Shown: positions 26,559 to 36,843, numbered from the stretch's first letter. The stretch: DNA of 64,000 bases from Patescibacteria group bacterium (GCA_049318005.1 JBMOHE010000001.1:51440-115439); one strand, 5' to 3'. Numbers and translations are program-made. Notes: generated from the sequence alone by a model not told the origin.

Positions 26559-28958
26559 CTACGGCTGAATATTTAAAGGTTCTTGACCAAGCGCTGGCGC
26601 ACTAGAACCTTGGACAGCATCCGGGGTTGGCGTTGGAGTTGGAGTTGGGACTGAATTTGAGTCTGGAGCTGGAGCTGGATCTGAAGGAGCTGGGGTTGGC
26701 GTTGGGGTTGGCGTTGGGGTCACAATATAATCTGCCTCAGTGCCTGTTAATATTAGTTTTTTAATAGCGCTCAAATCACTCAATGAATTTATCTTTAAAA
26801 ATTTATTAGAAAAAGTAAAAAAATTATTATCAATATATAAGCTTCTTTTAACCGTATTATCATAATAATTATATCCGCCCCAATAATCAGAATTGGAAAA
26901 AATACCACCATCTGAATGGTCTATCTTCCCCTTTAAAACAAATTTATTACTAACAATATTAAACACTAAAGACCCGGCAAAAGAAATTTTTCCGTTATCT
27001 CTAAAAATAGCCGGAATAGACAAGAGATTCTTTCCCTGCGAATATAAAAATGCTTTATGGTCTTGAAGTGCAATCGAGTCACTTTCTGAGTTACCAATAA
27101 CATATGAATCTAGCTCCTGAGGATTCTGTAAATCAGTAAAATCAAATAAAGACATTTTCAAACCTTTTATTTTAACCGCTCCGCTTGAATCTTCTTCGGT
27201 GTCACGTCCAAAACCAATTAACTGATTACCGTTTGTATCAGCTGGATGAAGGTAGGTTGAGAAACCAGGGACTTTTATGGCACCAAGAACACTAGGAGAC
27301 ATAGGATCCGTTAAAGAGATTACATAAAGAGGATCTGTTTGTTTAAAAGTTACAAGATAGACTCTATCGCCCATGAATCTAGCGGAGTAAATTTTTTCAT
27401 TAGTCGCTAAGTTCTCTGCCAAATTACCAACTACTTTTAATTCATTATTTAGGACGTAAACATTACTATAAGATTTTTCTGGCTCAGAGCTAAGACGTGA
27501 CCAAATAGGACTACGGGTTGTTGCGATTCTAAAATAATCACCATTTTCGTCCATTGAAAACTGATTTAAAACTTGGCCACTGACTTCGCCCATTCCTCTA
27601 TACGCGACACTGAGGCCATTAATCGCAATTTTATGAATAATAGTTTTTTCCATATCAGCCGACTGCTCAGTTAATTTTTGCTTAAGAGCATCGTCTAGAT
27701 TTATCTGTAAAGTTTTCTGGTCTTCCTCACTTAAAGAACTAAAATAACGGTCAATTATTGAGGCGACCTTAAATTTCTTCTCGCTCTTACTCAAAATAAA
27801 ACTATCAACTGCGTCAATTTTACTTATTTTATTTTTCTCTTCATCGCTTAACTTAGTAATTATTATATCTTTTTTTACGGTTTGTTCTAAATCGTATTCA
27901 TTTAGAGTTTCTGTATAAGTTATATAAATATTATCTTTCGAAACATAAAAGTTCTGACCGTAGTTCATTAGATAAGCTTGACCGGCGATATCCTCGTTAT
28001 TATCCTTGAGATTAATCGCTGTTACGTTAGCAAAGTTATAGGAATCATACGGAATATCAAAATAATAGACATCGGGCGCAAAACACTTACTACCAGAATC
28101 ACAACTACTAGGCAAAACTTCACCGTTATTTAGTACTCTTGGTGTAAGCGGTTCACTTTCAATATAATTTGCGGAACTATTTGTAAATAAATAAGCGTAA
28201 TCGCCAACCATTCGAGCGTCAGAATAAGAACCTTCAAAGTTCAAGTCGCGAACAAGCTTCGGATCATCTGGATTACTTAAATCAAAAACCTTAAAAAAAG
28301 TATAGGGATTTTGACGACGAAAATTTCTATACATTTCCATAGCAAAGATCTGCTGATCAGAGCCAAAAACAGCTAAGCTCGTTCCATTTATAAATATATC
28401 TTCAGGTCGTGATTTAAACGTTATCGTACTAATTACTTTTGCTTCACTAACCGGATTTACTTTTATAATTTTAAGTTCATTACGAACTAAGGCATATACA
28501 TAAGTACCATCGGTTTTTATGATATCCGCTTCATCAACTCCGTTGACCTGATTATTAGTTGAGGAGTAGTCCGAAGACTGACCAGTCGAAGCATCGCTAG
28601 ATACAGCGCTCGACTCAGAGGCTGCCGATAAGCCATTGGCCATAGGCGCTAGTGACTTAACCATCATGCCCTCTCCCATGCCGTTGCGCGATAATGCGGA
28701 GCTAAAATTCTGATTGTTATTATTTTCCTCCAAAAAAATCTTTAAATCATTATAGCTAGCAAATTTTTTAATTTGTTTTGTGCCCGCAACTTCGCTTGTG
28801 CTTGTTGCGTCTTCTGATGTTTGGTTAATATCTTGATTGATCTGAGTATTATCAACAACGGGTACTTTTTTCTTCCAAGGCAAAGAGCAGCCACTAACTA
28901 AAATAGTAACAACTACCAAAATTAGAGAAAATTTAAATATTTTTTTTGACATAAACAA
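26559..28958 (-). CDS. secreted beta-propeller-domain lipoprotein with Pro/Thr-rich C-terminal tail
   Basis: Lipobox LVSGCS. TNNQVNGVDEADIIKTDGTYVYAL matches the start of the bacterial/archaeal 'beta propeller domain' family as I recall it. The tail is TPTPTPTPTPAPSDPAPAPD...PTPTPTPTPD. The start may be the ATG at 28952. Confidence 0.6.
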   Translation of the reverse strand: MFMSKKIFKFSLILVVVTILVSGCSLPWKKKVPVVDNTQINQDINQTSEDATSTSEVAGTKQIKKFASYNDLKIFLEENNNNQNFSSALSRNGMGEGMMVKSLAPMANGLSAASESSAVSSDASTGQSSDYSSTNNQVNGVDEADIIKTDGTYVYALVRNELKIIKVNPVSEAKVISTITFKSRPEDIFINGTSLAVFGSDQQIFAMEMYRNFRRQNPYTFFKVFDLSNPDDPKLVRDLNFEGSYSDARMVGDYAYLFTNSSANYIESEPLTPRVLNNGEVLPSSCDSGSKCFAPDVYYFDIPYDSYNFANVTAINLKDNNEDIAGQAYLMNYGQNFYVSKDNIYITYTETLNEYDLEQTVKKDIIITKLSDEEKNKISKIDAVDSFILSKSEKKFKVASIIDRYFSSLSEEDQKTLQINLDDALKQKLTEQSADMEKTIIHKIAINGLSVAYRGMGEVSGQVLNQFSMDENGDYFRIATTRSPIWSRLSSEPEKSYSNVYVLNNELKVVGNLAENLATNEKIYSARFMGDRVYLVTFKQTDPLYVISLTDPMSPSVLGAIKVPGFSTYLHPADTNGNQLIGFGRDTEEDSSGAVKIKGLKMSLFDFTDLQNPQELDSYVIGNSESDSIALQDHKAFLYSQGKNLLSIPAIFRDNGKISFAGSLVFNIVSNKFVLKGKIDHSDGGIFSNSDYWGGYNYYDNTVKRSLYIDNNFFTFSNKFLKINSLSDLSAIKKLILTGTEADYIVTPTPTPTPTPAPSDPAPAPDSNSVPTPTPTPTPDAVQGSSAPALGQEPLNIQP

Positions 28959-29053
28959 AAAATAATAGCGCTAAAATGGCTTATATAAATTATATCATTT
29001 TAATTAATCAAAAACAAACTCAATATAATTAGCGTAAGGGCTAAATTTAACCA

Positions 29054-30640
29054 TTACCGCTTCTTTATATATAAAAGCATATCAAGCTTTTTTATATCAA
29101 TAATTTCCTTAGATTCAACCCATGCAGGGTTGCCGTCAATATCAAGGGTTGTGGCGCCCAGCAAGTTATAATTATCCCTTAATTCTTGATCCAAATAATC
29201 TAAAAAAATGTTTTTATCGCTCAAGTTAAGTAGTCCACTGTTTTCACTTAAGGGCAAAATAATAGCCGCCGGCTGCCTATTCTTTAAATCTGAGATAGCT
29301 AAATTTTGATATTCAAGCCTTTGAGGGGTATCAATAGTTAAGGGATAAACGATATTAAATTTAGAAGAAGACTTTCTTTGACTAAAATAATATATTTGAG
29401 ACTCAGACCCAGCAACAAAGATGTTGTCACCCTCCGCGGTCAACTGCCCTATTTTTTCCGCCATAAGTCTTGAGCTAACAAACGGTTCAGCATCTCCATA
29501 TATCCAAATAGATAAAGTATTGGGATTTAAAAAGAATTGTTCGGCAGTTCGACAGAACGAAACACTAACAATAAAAATAATAAAGAAAAACAAGAATAGA
29601 TTCTTTATAACCTCTTCCTTTATTTTTATTTTTTCTAAAATAACTGAGAATGAACCCGCTGCCAGTAAAATTAAAAGCGGCGCCAACAACAAATAATAAT
29701 GACCGATAGTAGTAGTAATTATAGAGAGCAAAGAGGCGATTAATAAAATCAAAAAAATAAGATAATATTTCTGCTTAACAAAAAATGATGTCAAGGCTAG
29801 TAATATTATCGGCCACCAATTATTCCAAAAAATTTGAGAATAATGAAAAAATCGCTCCGGAAAATATTTTTTAGTATCAGCGACATAACTAAAATTATAC
29901 ACAACAACTTGTCGCCAAACTTCAACTATTGCCCCATGAGTTACAAAATAAAGCAAACTTAAAGCGGTCGTTACAAAAGCTCCGAGAAAAATATACAAAG
30001 CCGACAAAAAGAACTTACTTATTTTTTTATCAATTACATAATTATTTACTAGCCAATATAAAATTATTATGCATGATGGTATAAACGCAATCGGTTTATA
30101 TAAAATTGCCAAGGAGGCAAGAACACCAGCTAAAAAATAAGTAATTACTTTTTCCTTTTTATTATAAAAAATAAATAAGGCAATCAAACCAACTAGTGGC
30201 AGCAGCATGAATTTTTCGGTATTAGCTGAGAGAGCGGTTAAATAAGGTGAGAGCAAAATAAGCGGTGACGACCAAAGAGCTAGCCAGGCAGCCCTAAAAC
30301 CATAAAGTTTTTTAACGACTAAACTTAATAAAATACAGGTAGCTAGAGTAAACAAAAAACCTAAAAGTCTTGGTGGCCAAACAGCGGAAGGAGAAATTAA
30401 ATTTGTCAAATAATAAGTATAAATTATTAAAGGCGGCTTCTGGATAAAGGAACCAATATAGGGAGTCTCTCCCCTTTCCATTAACCAGGCCGAATAAGCA
30501 TATTCACCCTCATCTCTTTCCCAGGGAGAACTGAAAGAATTTATATGAAGAGAAAAAAAGAAAATTAAAAAAAACGCAAAAAATATAATACTAAAAAATC
30601 TTTTTTTAAAAAAAATTTTTACTTCTTTTTTTCGCGTCAT
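29054..30640 (-). CDS. ArnT/PMT-like (GT39/GT83-type) membrane glycosyltransferase
   Basis: 528 aa with more than 10 TM helices. The first periplasmic loop ERDEGEYAYSAWLMERGETPYIGSFIQKPPL is typical of dolichyl/undecaprenyl-phosphate-sugar-dependent glycosyltransferases. Confidence 0.55.
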   Translation of the reverse strand: MTRKKEVKIFFKKRFFSIIFFAFFLIFFFSLHINSFSSPWERDEGEYAYSAWLMERGETPYIGSFIQKPPLIIYTYYLTNLISPSAVWPPRLLGFLFTLATCILLSLVVKKLYGFRAAWLALWSSPLILLSPYLTALSANTEKFMLLPLVGLIALFIFYNKKEKVITYFLAGVLASLAILYKPIAFIPSCIIILYWLVNNYVIDKKISKFFLSALYIFLGAFVTTALSLLYFVTHGAIVEVWRQVVVYNFSYVADTKKYFPERFFHYSQIFWNNWWPIILLALTSFFVKQKYYLIFLILLIASLLSIITTTIGHYYLLLAPLLILLAAGSFSVILEKIKIKEEVIKNLFLFFFIIFIVSVSFCRTAEQFFLNPNTLSIWIYGDAEPFVSSRLMAEKIGQLTAEGDNIFVAGSESQIYYFSQRKSSSKFNIVYPLTIDTPQRLEYQNLAISDLKNRQPAAIILPLSENSGLLNLSDKNIFLDYLDQELRDNYNLLGATTLDIDGNPAWVESKEIIDIKKLDMLLYIKKR

Positions 30641-30659
30641 AGTTAAACTTTTATAACTT

Positions 30660-31403
30660 CTATTTAATTAATACTTCTGTTCCTACTGATAGTCGGTCAT
30701 ATATATATTTTGCTGAGCCAACTCCCAGGCGAACACAGCCATGAGACACCGGAGTGCCAAGATGGCTCGCTCCTTCTCTATAGCCATTAGGCCAAACCGG
30801 GAGTTCGTGAATTCCTATCCCGGGACTATTTATACCCATCCAATATGGCATCCAAAGTTTATAAGTTTTTGACCAAGCGCGCGGTATTTTATTTAAGATT
30901 TTAAACTTTCCTTTTGGCGTGGCCATCCCAGACTTGCCACTAGAAATTACAAATTCTTTCCAGGGCTGATTAGCTACATAATAAACCAACTTCTGTGTTT
31001 TTAAAGTTATTTCTACGCGTTGATCTAATTTTTTTGTAGAGCTAGACAAGGGATTGAAACCAAGATCAACCTCTAAACCATCCTTTTTCCCGTCTTCATC
31101 TGTGTCAGGGTTAGACGGGTCAGTTTTAAATTTAATTTCAAAGTGATCGCTTAAACCATCTTTATCAACATCGCTTTTTTCTATTTTTATTTCTTTAGCA
31201 TTAAAAGGCGAATAGCCACTGGCAATTTCCTGGAAATCATTATAACCATCATTGTCAGTATCAATTGTTTTATCTAAAGTTATTCTTTCTAAATAGGTAG
31301 CCCTTGGGTTTAAATCTTCCGCTTTTACATTATCAATTTTAAAAACAAAAATTATGAAAATAATTAAGAAAAAAATAAAGAAAATATTTTTTTTATATAT
31401 CAT
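30660..31403 (-). CDS. L,D-transpeptidase (YkuD domain) with N-terminal Ca-binding-type Asp repeats
   Basis: Catalytic GTPVSHGCVRL. N-terminal DTDNDGYNDFQE, DVDKDGLSDHFE and DTDEDGKKDGLE (thrombospondin type-3-like). Confidence 0.85.
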   Translation of the reverse strand: MIYKKNIFFIFFLIIFIIFVFKIDNVKAEDLNPRATYLERITLDKTIDTDNDGYNDFQEIASGYSPFNAKEIKIEKSDVDKDGLSDHFEIKFKTDPSNPDTDEDGKKDGLEVDLGFNPLSSSTKKLDQRVEITLKTQKLVYYVANQPWKEFVISSGKSGMATPKGKFKILNKIPRAWSKTYKLWMPYWMGINSPGIGIHELPVWPNGYREGASHLGTPVSHGCVRLGVGSAKYIYDRLSVGTEVLIK

Positions 31404-31405
31404 AA

Positions 31406-33016
31406 TTATTTTCTTAAAGAAAACTCACAACCACAAAATTTCTGTCTATAAATTCCTAACTTCTTAGCCAGTTCTTGAGATTTTCGATAAGCATCATTAG
31501 CCTGAAAATCTAAATTTAAAAATTTAATTTTATTCTTTTTAGCTAACTTAGTACAAATTTTATTGATAATTTTTTTATCTTTATAAGGGCTAACCAGCAA
31601 GCTCGTACTAAAATAAGTAAATTCTTTTTGTTTAGCTAGCTCGGCTGTTTGAATTAAGCGATTATAATAACATATCTGACAACGCTGACCGCGCTCTTTA
31701 TCATTTTCATGACCATTAACTAAGCTCAACCAGCCCGAATGGTCATAAGGCTCAACAATCAAAGGAATATTATATTTTTCAGCCATTAATTTTACGGCCT
31801 CCAATCTTTTGTCATACTCCTCTTGAGAGTTTAAATTTGGATTTAAAAAATACCAGGTTAAATCATAGCTTGGAAGTAAAATATCGCGACTAATAAAAGT
31901 GCTACAAGGGGCGCAGCAAATATGAAGTAATAAACTTGGTTTTTTATCACTCTCTTTATTATTTTCTTTATTTTTTCTCTCCTGACTAAGATCAAATAAA
32001 TAAAAACCGCCGACCATTAGAAACATTAAAACTAAAAGAAAAATAAGGACTAAAAATTTTCCTCGACTTTGAAGAAACAAACCGCTTAAACCAAAGACTA
32101 GCGAAAAAAAATAAAAAATTAAAACGGTCTTTTTTTGACTGAGGCCAAGGCCTAGAAGTCGATGGTGAAGATGTTTTTTGTCAGCGAAACGAAAAGGATT
32201 CTTCCCTTTTAATAAACGTCTAATAATTGTCCAGGCGACATCCAAAATCGGAATTCCCATTACTAAGAGCGCGATCGCAATTTTTCCGCCGGAAATTATT
32301 GCTAAGACGCCAAGAATATAACCAAGCAAGAGTGAACCGCCTTCCCCAAGAAATATTTTAGCGGGGTTCCAGTTAAAAATTAAAAAACCAGATACTGAAC
32401 CAACTAGCAAAATAGAAGCAAACGCGATATCCGGTTGAAAGTAACGAGTAGTAAGCGTAAACAAAAAAATTACTAAGCCGCCAATAGCGCTAACCCCCGA
32501 GACTAATCCATCAACCCCATCTAATAACTTAGTCGTATACATCATTCCTAAGAGCCAAATAGAAACTAAAAGCGGTCCAATAAAAAAGAATGATTTCAAA
32601 TATAAATAGCCACCAAAAGGATTAGTTATTTTATCTATCCCAACTCCACCTAAAATTAAAATAATAATCGCTATTAATGGAAAAATTATTTGTAGCTTTG
32701 GTGATAAATTATATTTATCATCAAGCGTTCCGCCAATAACAATGATTAAAGCTCCCAAAAAAAATGAAATTAGATGGGTTATGCGCAAATTACCAGCTAA
32801 AAAATAAGAAGAAAAGCTAAATAACAAAATAAAGTAAGCCAAAAAAATAGCGACCCCTCCTAACAGAGGGATCGGCTCTTTGTGAATTTTTCGACTCACT
32901 TCATTATCCTTATCAGGCAAATCAACAATCTTAAAAACTAAAGCAATTTTTTTGATTGCTAAAGTTAAGATTGCTGATAATATTAAACTGGCTAAAAAAA
33001 TAAAAAAATAAAACAT
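31406..33016 (-). CDS. fusion protein: WecA/MraY-like polyprenyl-phosphate sugar-1-P transferase (GT4) + QueH (DUF208) epoxyqueuosine reductase domain
   Basis: N-terminal ~340 aa: KIHKEPIPLLGGVAIF, LDDKYNLSPKLQ, LLDGVDGLVSG, FLGEGGSLLLGY. C-terminal ~180 aa: LLLHICCAPCS, ERGQRCQICYYNRL, GIYRQKFCGCEFS. One uninterrupted frame. Confidence 0.75.
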   Translation of the reverse strand: MFYFFIFLASLILSAILTLAIKKIALVFKIVDLPDKDNEVSRKIHKEPIPLLGGVAIFLAYFILLFSFSSYFLAGNLRITHLISFFLGALIIVIGGTLDDKYNLSPKLQIIFPLIAIIILILGGVGIDKITNPFGGYLYLKSFFFIGPLLVSIWLLGMMYTTKLLDGVDGLVSGVSAIGGLVIFLFTLTTRYFQPDIAFASILLVGSVSGFLIFNWNPAKIFLGEGGSLLLGYILGVLAIISGGKIAIALLVMGIPILDVAWTIIRRLLKGKNPFRFADKKHLHHRLLGLGLSQKKTVLIFYFFSLVFGLSGLFLQSRGKFLVLIFLLVLMFLMVGGFYLFDLSQERKNKENNKESDKKPSLLLHICCAPCSTFISRDILLPSYDLTWYFLNPNLNSQEEYDKRLEAVKLMAEKYNIPLIVEPYDHSGWLSLVNGHENDKERGQRCQICYYNRLIQTAELAKQKEFTYFSTSLLVSPYKDKKIINKICTKLAKKNKIKFLNLDFQANDAYRKSQELAKKLGIYRQKFCGCEFSLRK

Positions 33017-33019
33017 AAC

Positions 33020-35713
33020 TTATAAAATAGAGGCCTTTTCAACTTCAATCTTCGCCCGAGAATTAATCACAACCGTATCACGACGTTTTAGCTCCCCACT
33101 TAAGATTAAATTAGCTATACTATCCTCAACTTTATCTTGAAGTAATCTTCTTAGCGGTCTAGCGCCAAACTTAGGGTCGTAACCTTCATGAGCCAAAATT
33201 AAAACACCATCTTTATCTGCCTTTAAATTTATACCCTTATCGCCTAAATTCTTTTTAATTTTTTTAAGCATTAAAGTCGCAACTGATAAAACATCATTTT
33301 CCGTTAATGGTCTAAACACAATGATACCATCAAACCTATTAATTAATTCCGGACGCATGTATTTATTTAACTGGTTGTCGATTAACTCTTGCTTAATCAA
33401 ATTAATATTAGTATTTGCTTTAATTTGATCTTGAATATAAACAGCCCCAATGTTAGAGGTTGCAATTATAATTGATTCAGTAAAACTGATTGTCTTTCCC
33501 TGCCCATCGGTTAAACGACCATCATCGAGTAGTTGTAAAAAAAGATTTAAAATATCAGGATGAGCTTTTTCGATTTCATCTAATAAAATCAAAGCAAACG
33601 GTTTTTTTCTAACCGCCTCAGTTAAATAACCCATAGTCCCGTCACTATCGCCAATCATTTTTTTAATACTATCTGGATGCTGATATTCACTCATATCAAT
33701 TCTAACTAAATAGTCCTCATCGCCAAAATAAACCTCGGACACCGCTTTGGCTAATTCAGTTTTACCGACACCGGTTGGACCAAGAAATAAGAAACTGGCA
33801 ATTGGCCTGGTTCCTTCTTTAAGCTGAGCTCTCGCTCGACGCAAACTAGAGGAAACAGCTTTAACTGCTTCTTCTTGCCCAATTAAACGTTTATGAATTT
33901 CTGTTTCTAAACCTAATAGTTTTTTACTTTCATTAACCGTTACCTTGCTCGCTGGAATTCCTGTGATTTCTCCAACTGCGGCTGCAACTTCATCCTGACT
34001 ACAAAAGCATTTAGCTGGATCGTTTTTAGAATTTTTTGCCGTAATTAAAACCGCCTTCTCGAGCAAATCAATCGCTTTTAGCGGCAAGCATCTATCATGA
34101 AGATAGCGTTCTGACATTTTAACTGATTGCTCTAAAGCGCTGTAAACAATAAAAACATCATATCTTGACTCAAGCATCGCAACTTTACTTTCTAAAATTT
34201 GAACCGCTTCATTATATTCTGGTTCCTTAATGCCTATTGTTGTAAACACTGTTCCTAAAGATTTATTTTCAATATATTTATCATAGTTTTCCGTGGTTAC
34301 CGAAGCTAAACAAATTAAATGATTGCGACTTAAAGCTTCAGCTAAAACGTCAGATAGGTCCATACTCTCTTTACTACCGGCAGTAATTCCAATTAGATTT
34401 TCAACATTATCAATATATAAAATAATATTTCGTGATCGATTAATTTCGCTAATCGCAATTAATAATTTTTCTTCAGCCCCTGATGCGTCAGAACCACTAA
34501 TTAAACGGGAAACATCTAGTTCAACTAAGCGTTTATCTTTTAAAAATTTAGGTACATTTTCTTCAACCATTAGCTGGGCCAAGCCATTGATAATAGTGCT
34601 CTTACCTATTCCGCTCGGACCGACTAAAAGAATTCCATTGTGTCCTCCCTCAAGATTTTCAAAAATAGAAATAATTTCATTTTGACGTCCAACGCAAATA
34701 TCATTTGCTCCATACTTAGACTGGATTGTTAAATCGTTAGAAAAACGATCAAGGCTAGGAGTTGCAATCGCCGTATAAGCTCTATTCATCCCCGTACTTG
34801 GCTTAAATAAAGCTAACTGACGATTAGCCTTATAACTATCAAGCATTTTTTTATTTACCCTCAACCATTCGACCGTATTTATAATTTTGTTTTCATCAAG
34901 CTCTAGTTCATAGAGTATTTCCGCTAATTTTGCATCTTTCAGGTAGCAAAAGGAAACTAAATTTAAAACATCAACGCTCTCAGAATTTAAATTATAAGCT
35001 TCAACAAAAGCTAAAACAAAAACCTCTCCTAAAGCAGGGCTCAAAGCACTACCTTTAGTTTTTTTAACATCTTGTGGTGCCGCCAAACGACGATCAAGTA
35101 ACTCAATTAATTTCTTAGCATCGATATTTAAACGAATGAAAAGAGTTTTAATTTCTTTGCACTTTAAAATAGAACGGAACAAATGAATTATGGTTACCTC
35201 TTCCTGGTTTAAGCGATTAGCTAAAAGATAAGCATCTTCAATCGCTTTTAAAGACACATCATTAAAAGATTTAGCGATATTATATTTCTTTGGTTTTAAA
35301 CTTTTTTTGCCATTGCTTGAAAAGGTTTTATAATTAATTCTCTTGCAGCCCGCCCTAGCTTCACTCTTTTTATAAAATAAGAATAAGTCAAACCAAAGAG
35401 AAAAAACAAAAATTAAAATAAGGGGGTCACTTTTACTCCAAAAAAATAGAATATGAAACGGATTAGCAATTAAATCAACCTGATTATAAAAAATCCAAAA
35501 ACCGAAAGCTGCCCAACCAGCAAAAATAATTATCCAAGTAATAAATTCTAATAATCTTTCGGCATTTTTTTTACTTCTCTCGAGAACAATAATTGATTTT
35601 TTTAAATTTCCATCCCAATGCAAAAAGCGCCCTAAAAACCAGGCGCCAAAAATTTTTCCACTGTCATCAGGGCTAAAAATAATTTCACTAGGAGTTGTTT
35701 TTATGTTAAGCAT
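33020..35713 (-). CDS. membrane-anchored two-AAA Clp/Hsp100-family ATPase, no M-domain, degenerate first AAA module
   Basis: N-terminal ~110 aa carry hydrophobic helices, followed by two Clp_N-like repeats. D1 has Walker A GPSGIGKST, but ILYIDNVENL replaces [10 protein letters not shown] and SLGTVFT replaces LERRFQ. D2 is canonical ([31 protein letters not shown]). Confidence 0.8.
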   Translation of the reverse strand: MLNIKTTPSEIIFSPDDSGKIFGAWFLGRFLHWDGNLKKSIIVLERSKKNAERLLEFITWIIIFAGWAAFGFWIFYNQVDLIANPFHILFFWSKSDPLILIFVFSLWFDLFLFYKKSEARAGCKRINYKTFSSNGKKSLKPKKYNIAKSFNDVSLKAIEDAYLLANRLNQEEVTIIHLFRSILKCKEIKTLFIRLNIDAKKLIELLDRRLAAPQDVKKTKGSALSPALGEVFVLAFVEAYNLNSESVDVLNLVSFCYLKDAKLAEILYELELDENKIINTVEWLRVNKKMLDSYKANRQLALFKPSTGMNRAYTAIATPSLDRFSNDLTIQSKYGANDICVGRQNEIISIFENLEGGHNGILLVGPSGIGKSTIINGLAQLMVEENVPKFLKDKRLVELDVSRLISGSDASGAEEKLLIAISEINRSRNIILYIDNVENLIGITAGSKESMDLSDVLAEALSRNHLICLASVTTENYDKYIENKSLGTVFTTIGIKEPEYNEAVQILESKVAMLESRYDVFIVYSALEQSVKMSERYLHDRCLPLKAIDLLEKAVLITAKNSKNDPAKCFCSQDEVAAAVGEITGIPASKVTVNESKKLLGLETEIHKRLIGQEEAVKAVSSSLRRARAQLKEGTRPIASFLFLGPTGVGKTELAKAVSEVYFGDEDYLVRIDMSEYQHPDSIKKMIGDSDGTMGYLTEAVRKKPFALILLDEIEKAHPDILNLFLQLLDDGRLTDGQGKTISFTESIIIATSNIGAVYIQDQIKANTNINLIKQELIDNQLNKYMRPELINRFDGIIVFRPLTENDVLSVATLMLKKIKKNLGDKGINLKADKDGVLILAHEGYDPKFGARPLRRLLQDKVEDSIANLILSGELKRRDTVVINSRAKIEVEKASIL

Positions 35714-35722
35714 ATTATTTAA

Positions 35723-36091
35723 CTATTTCAAAATCTGAAAAAATAAAGCGAAAGTTAATAACAATGGAACTATTAGCCACAAAACTAAAATTATAAAACA
35801 AATAAATACCCAAATTAACAACGTAAAACCGCGGAATATAACCTGAATTAAACGAACAAAAAAACTAATAAATCTTCCCGCCCAATCTGATTGACCATAC
35901 ATTGGAACAAAAATATTTTTTGCCCACACAGAGAATCCCAGGGATTTTTCTTGATTACTTAAAAAAATAAATATATTTTTGAAAAAACGGAAAAAGCCGA
36001 CGCTATACCACCAGATAGGAAAATATACTAACTCTAAAATAAGAGAAATAATAATTTTCCCACCGTAACTTAAAAAATTATGTTGAAACAT
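35723..36091 (-). CDS. small polytopic membrane protein, first gene of the Clp-paralog operon
   Basis: 122 aa with 3-4 TM helices. The stop lies 10 nt before the Clp-paralog start. Confidence 0.45.
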   Translation of the reverse strand: MFQHNFLSYGGKIIISLILELVYFPIWWYSVGFFRFFKNIFIFLSNQEKSLGFSVWAKNIFVPMYGQSDWAGRFISFFVRLIQVIFRGFTLLIWVFICFIILVLWLIVPLLLTFALFFQILK

Positions 36092-36281
36092 ACATTATTT
36101 TTAACTTTAAATGCTAATTATATATTAGCATAAAATAGCTAATAAACAAATTTTATATAAATTTTTTGTGCAGACTTACATTGACATTTACAGGGTTATC
36201 GTGGTAATTTGCAAATACACACACGACTTAAATAATTCTCAGTAAATTAACAACTAAATTCACCAATAAAAAAACCTAATC

Positions 36282-36752
36282 ATGAAAAAATCAACATTTT
36301 TTATTGCAGCCATTATTCTAATCATGGTCCTGCCCATACCAGTTTTAGCTCAAAACAAAACAGCCAACCAAATTGACTCCAGCAAAGTATGGACTCGGGC
36401 GGATTACATTAGAATGTACAACGGGAAACCTGCTTATGATATTTATTACAACCAGGAGTCGCTAGCCGACAATGTTGCAAATATAAATATTATGCGCATC
36501 TACAATGCTTATGGGTTAAATAATTATTCTGAATTAGGTTTAAATTCAAGATCAATAATTGCCGAATCATTCTTAATTGGAGTAGATAATTCACGTGGCT
36601 GGTATTGGATAGCCGCCGAAACTAGATTTTACAAAAACGGAGAAAACTTTTACCATAAAATAGAAAGTTTCGGTTATATTTATCCTGACCCAGGGTCTGA
36701 AGGAGAATATTATCTTTCGCTGGCCAAAAAAATAGCCAAAGAAAAGAAATAA
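36282..36752 (+). CDS. secreted hypothetical protein
   Basis: Signal peptide MKKSTFFIAAIILIMVLPIPVLA. No family recognised. Confidence 0.5.
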   Translation: MKKSTFFIAAIILIMVLPIPVLAQNKTANQIDSSKVWTRADYIRMYNGKPAYDIYYNQESLADNVANINIMRIYNAYGLNNYSELGLNSRSIIAESFLIGVDNSRGWYWIAAETRFYKNGENFYHKIESFGYIYPDPGSEGEYYLSLAKKIAKEKK

Positions 36753-36773
36753 AAAAAATCAATAATTTTTATG

Positions 36774-36802
36774 AAACCGCTTCAAAAAAGGCGGTTTTTT
36801 AT
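36774..36802 (+). terminator. rho-independent terminator
   Basis: AAACCGC-TTCAAAAAAG-GCGGTTT followed by TTTAT. Confidence 0.65.
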
Positions 36803-36810
36803 TTACCCAA

Positions 36811-36839
36811 TTGACACTGGAAGAAACTTATATTATCAT
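36811..36839 (+). promoter_or_regulatory. sigma-70-type promoter of clpB
   Basis: TTGACA (36811-36816), 17-nt spacer, TATCAT (36834-36839). Confidence 0.55.
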
Positions 36840-36843
36840 ATCA

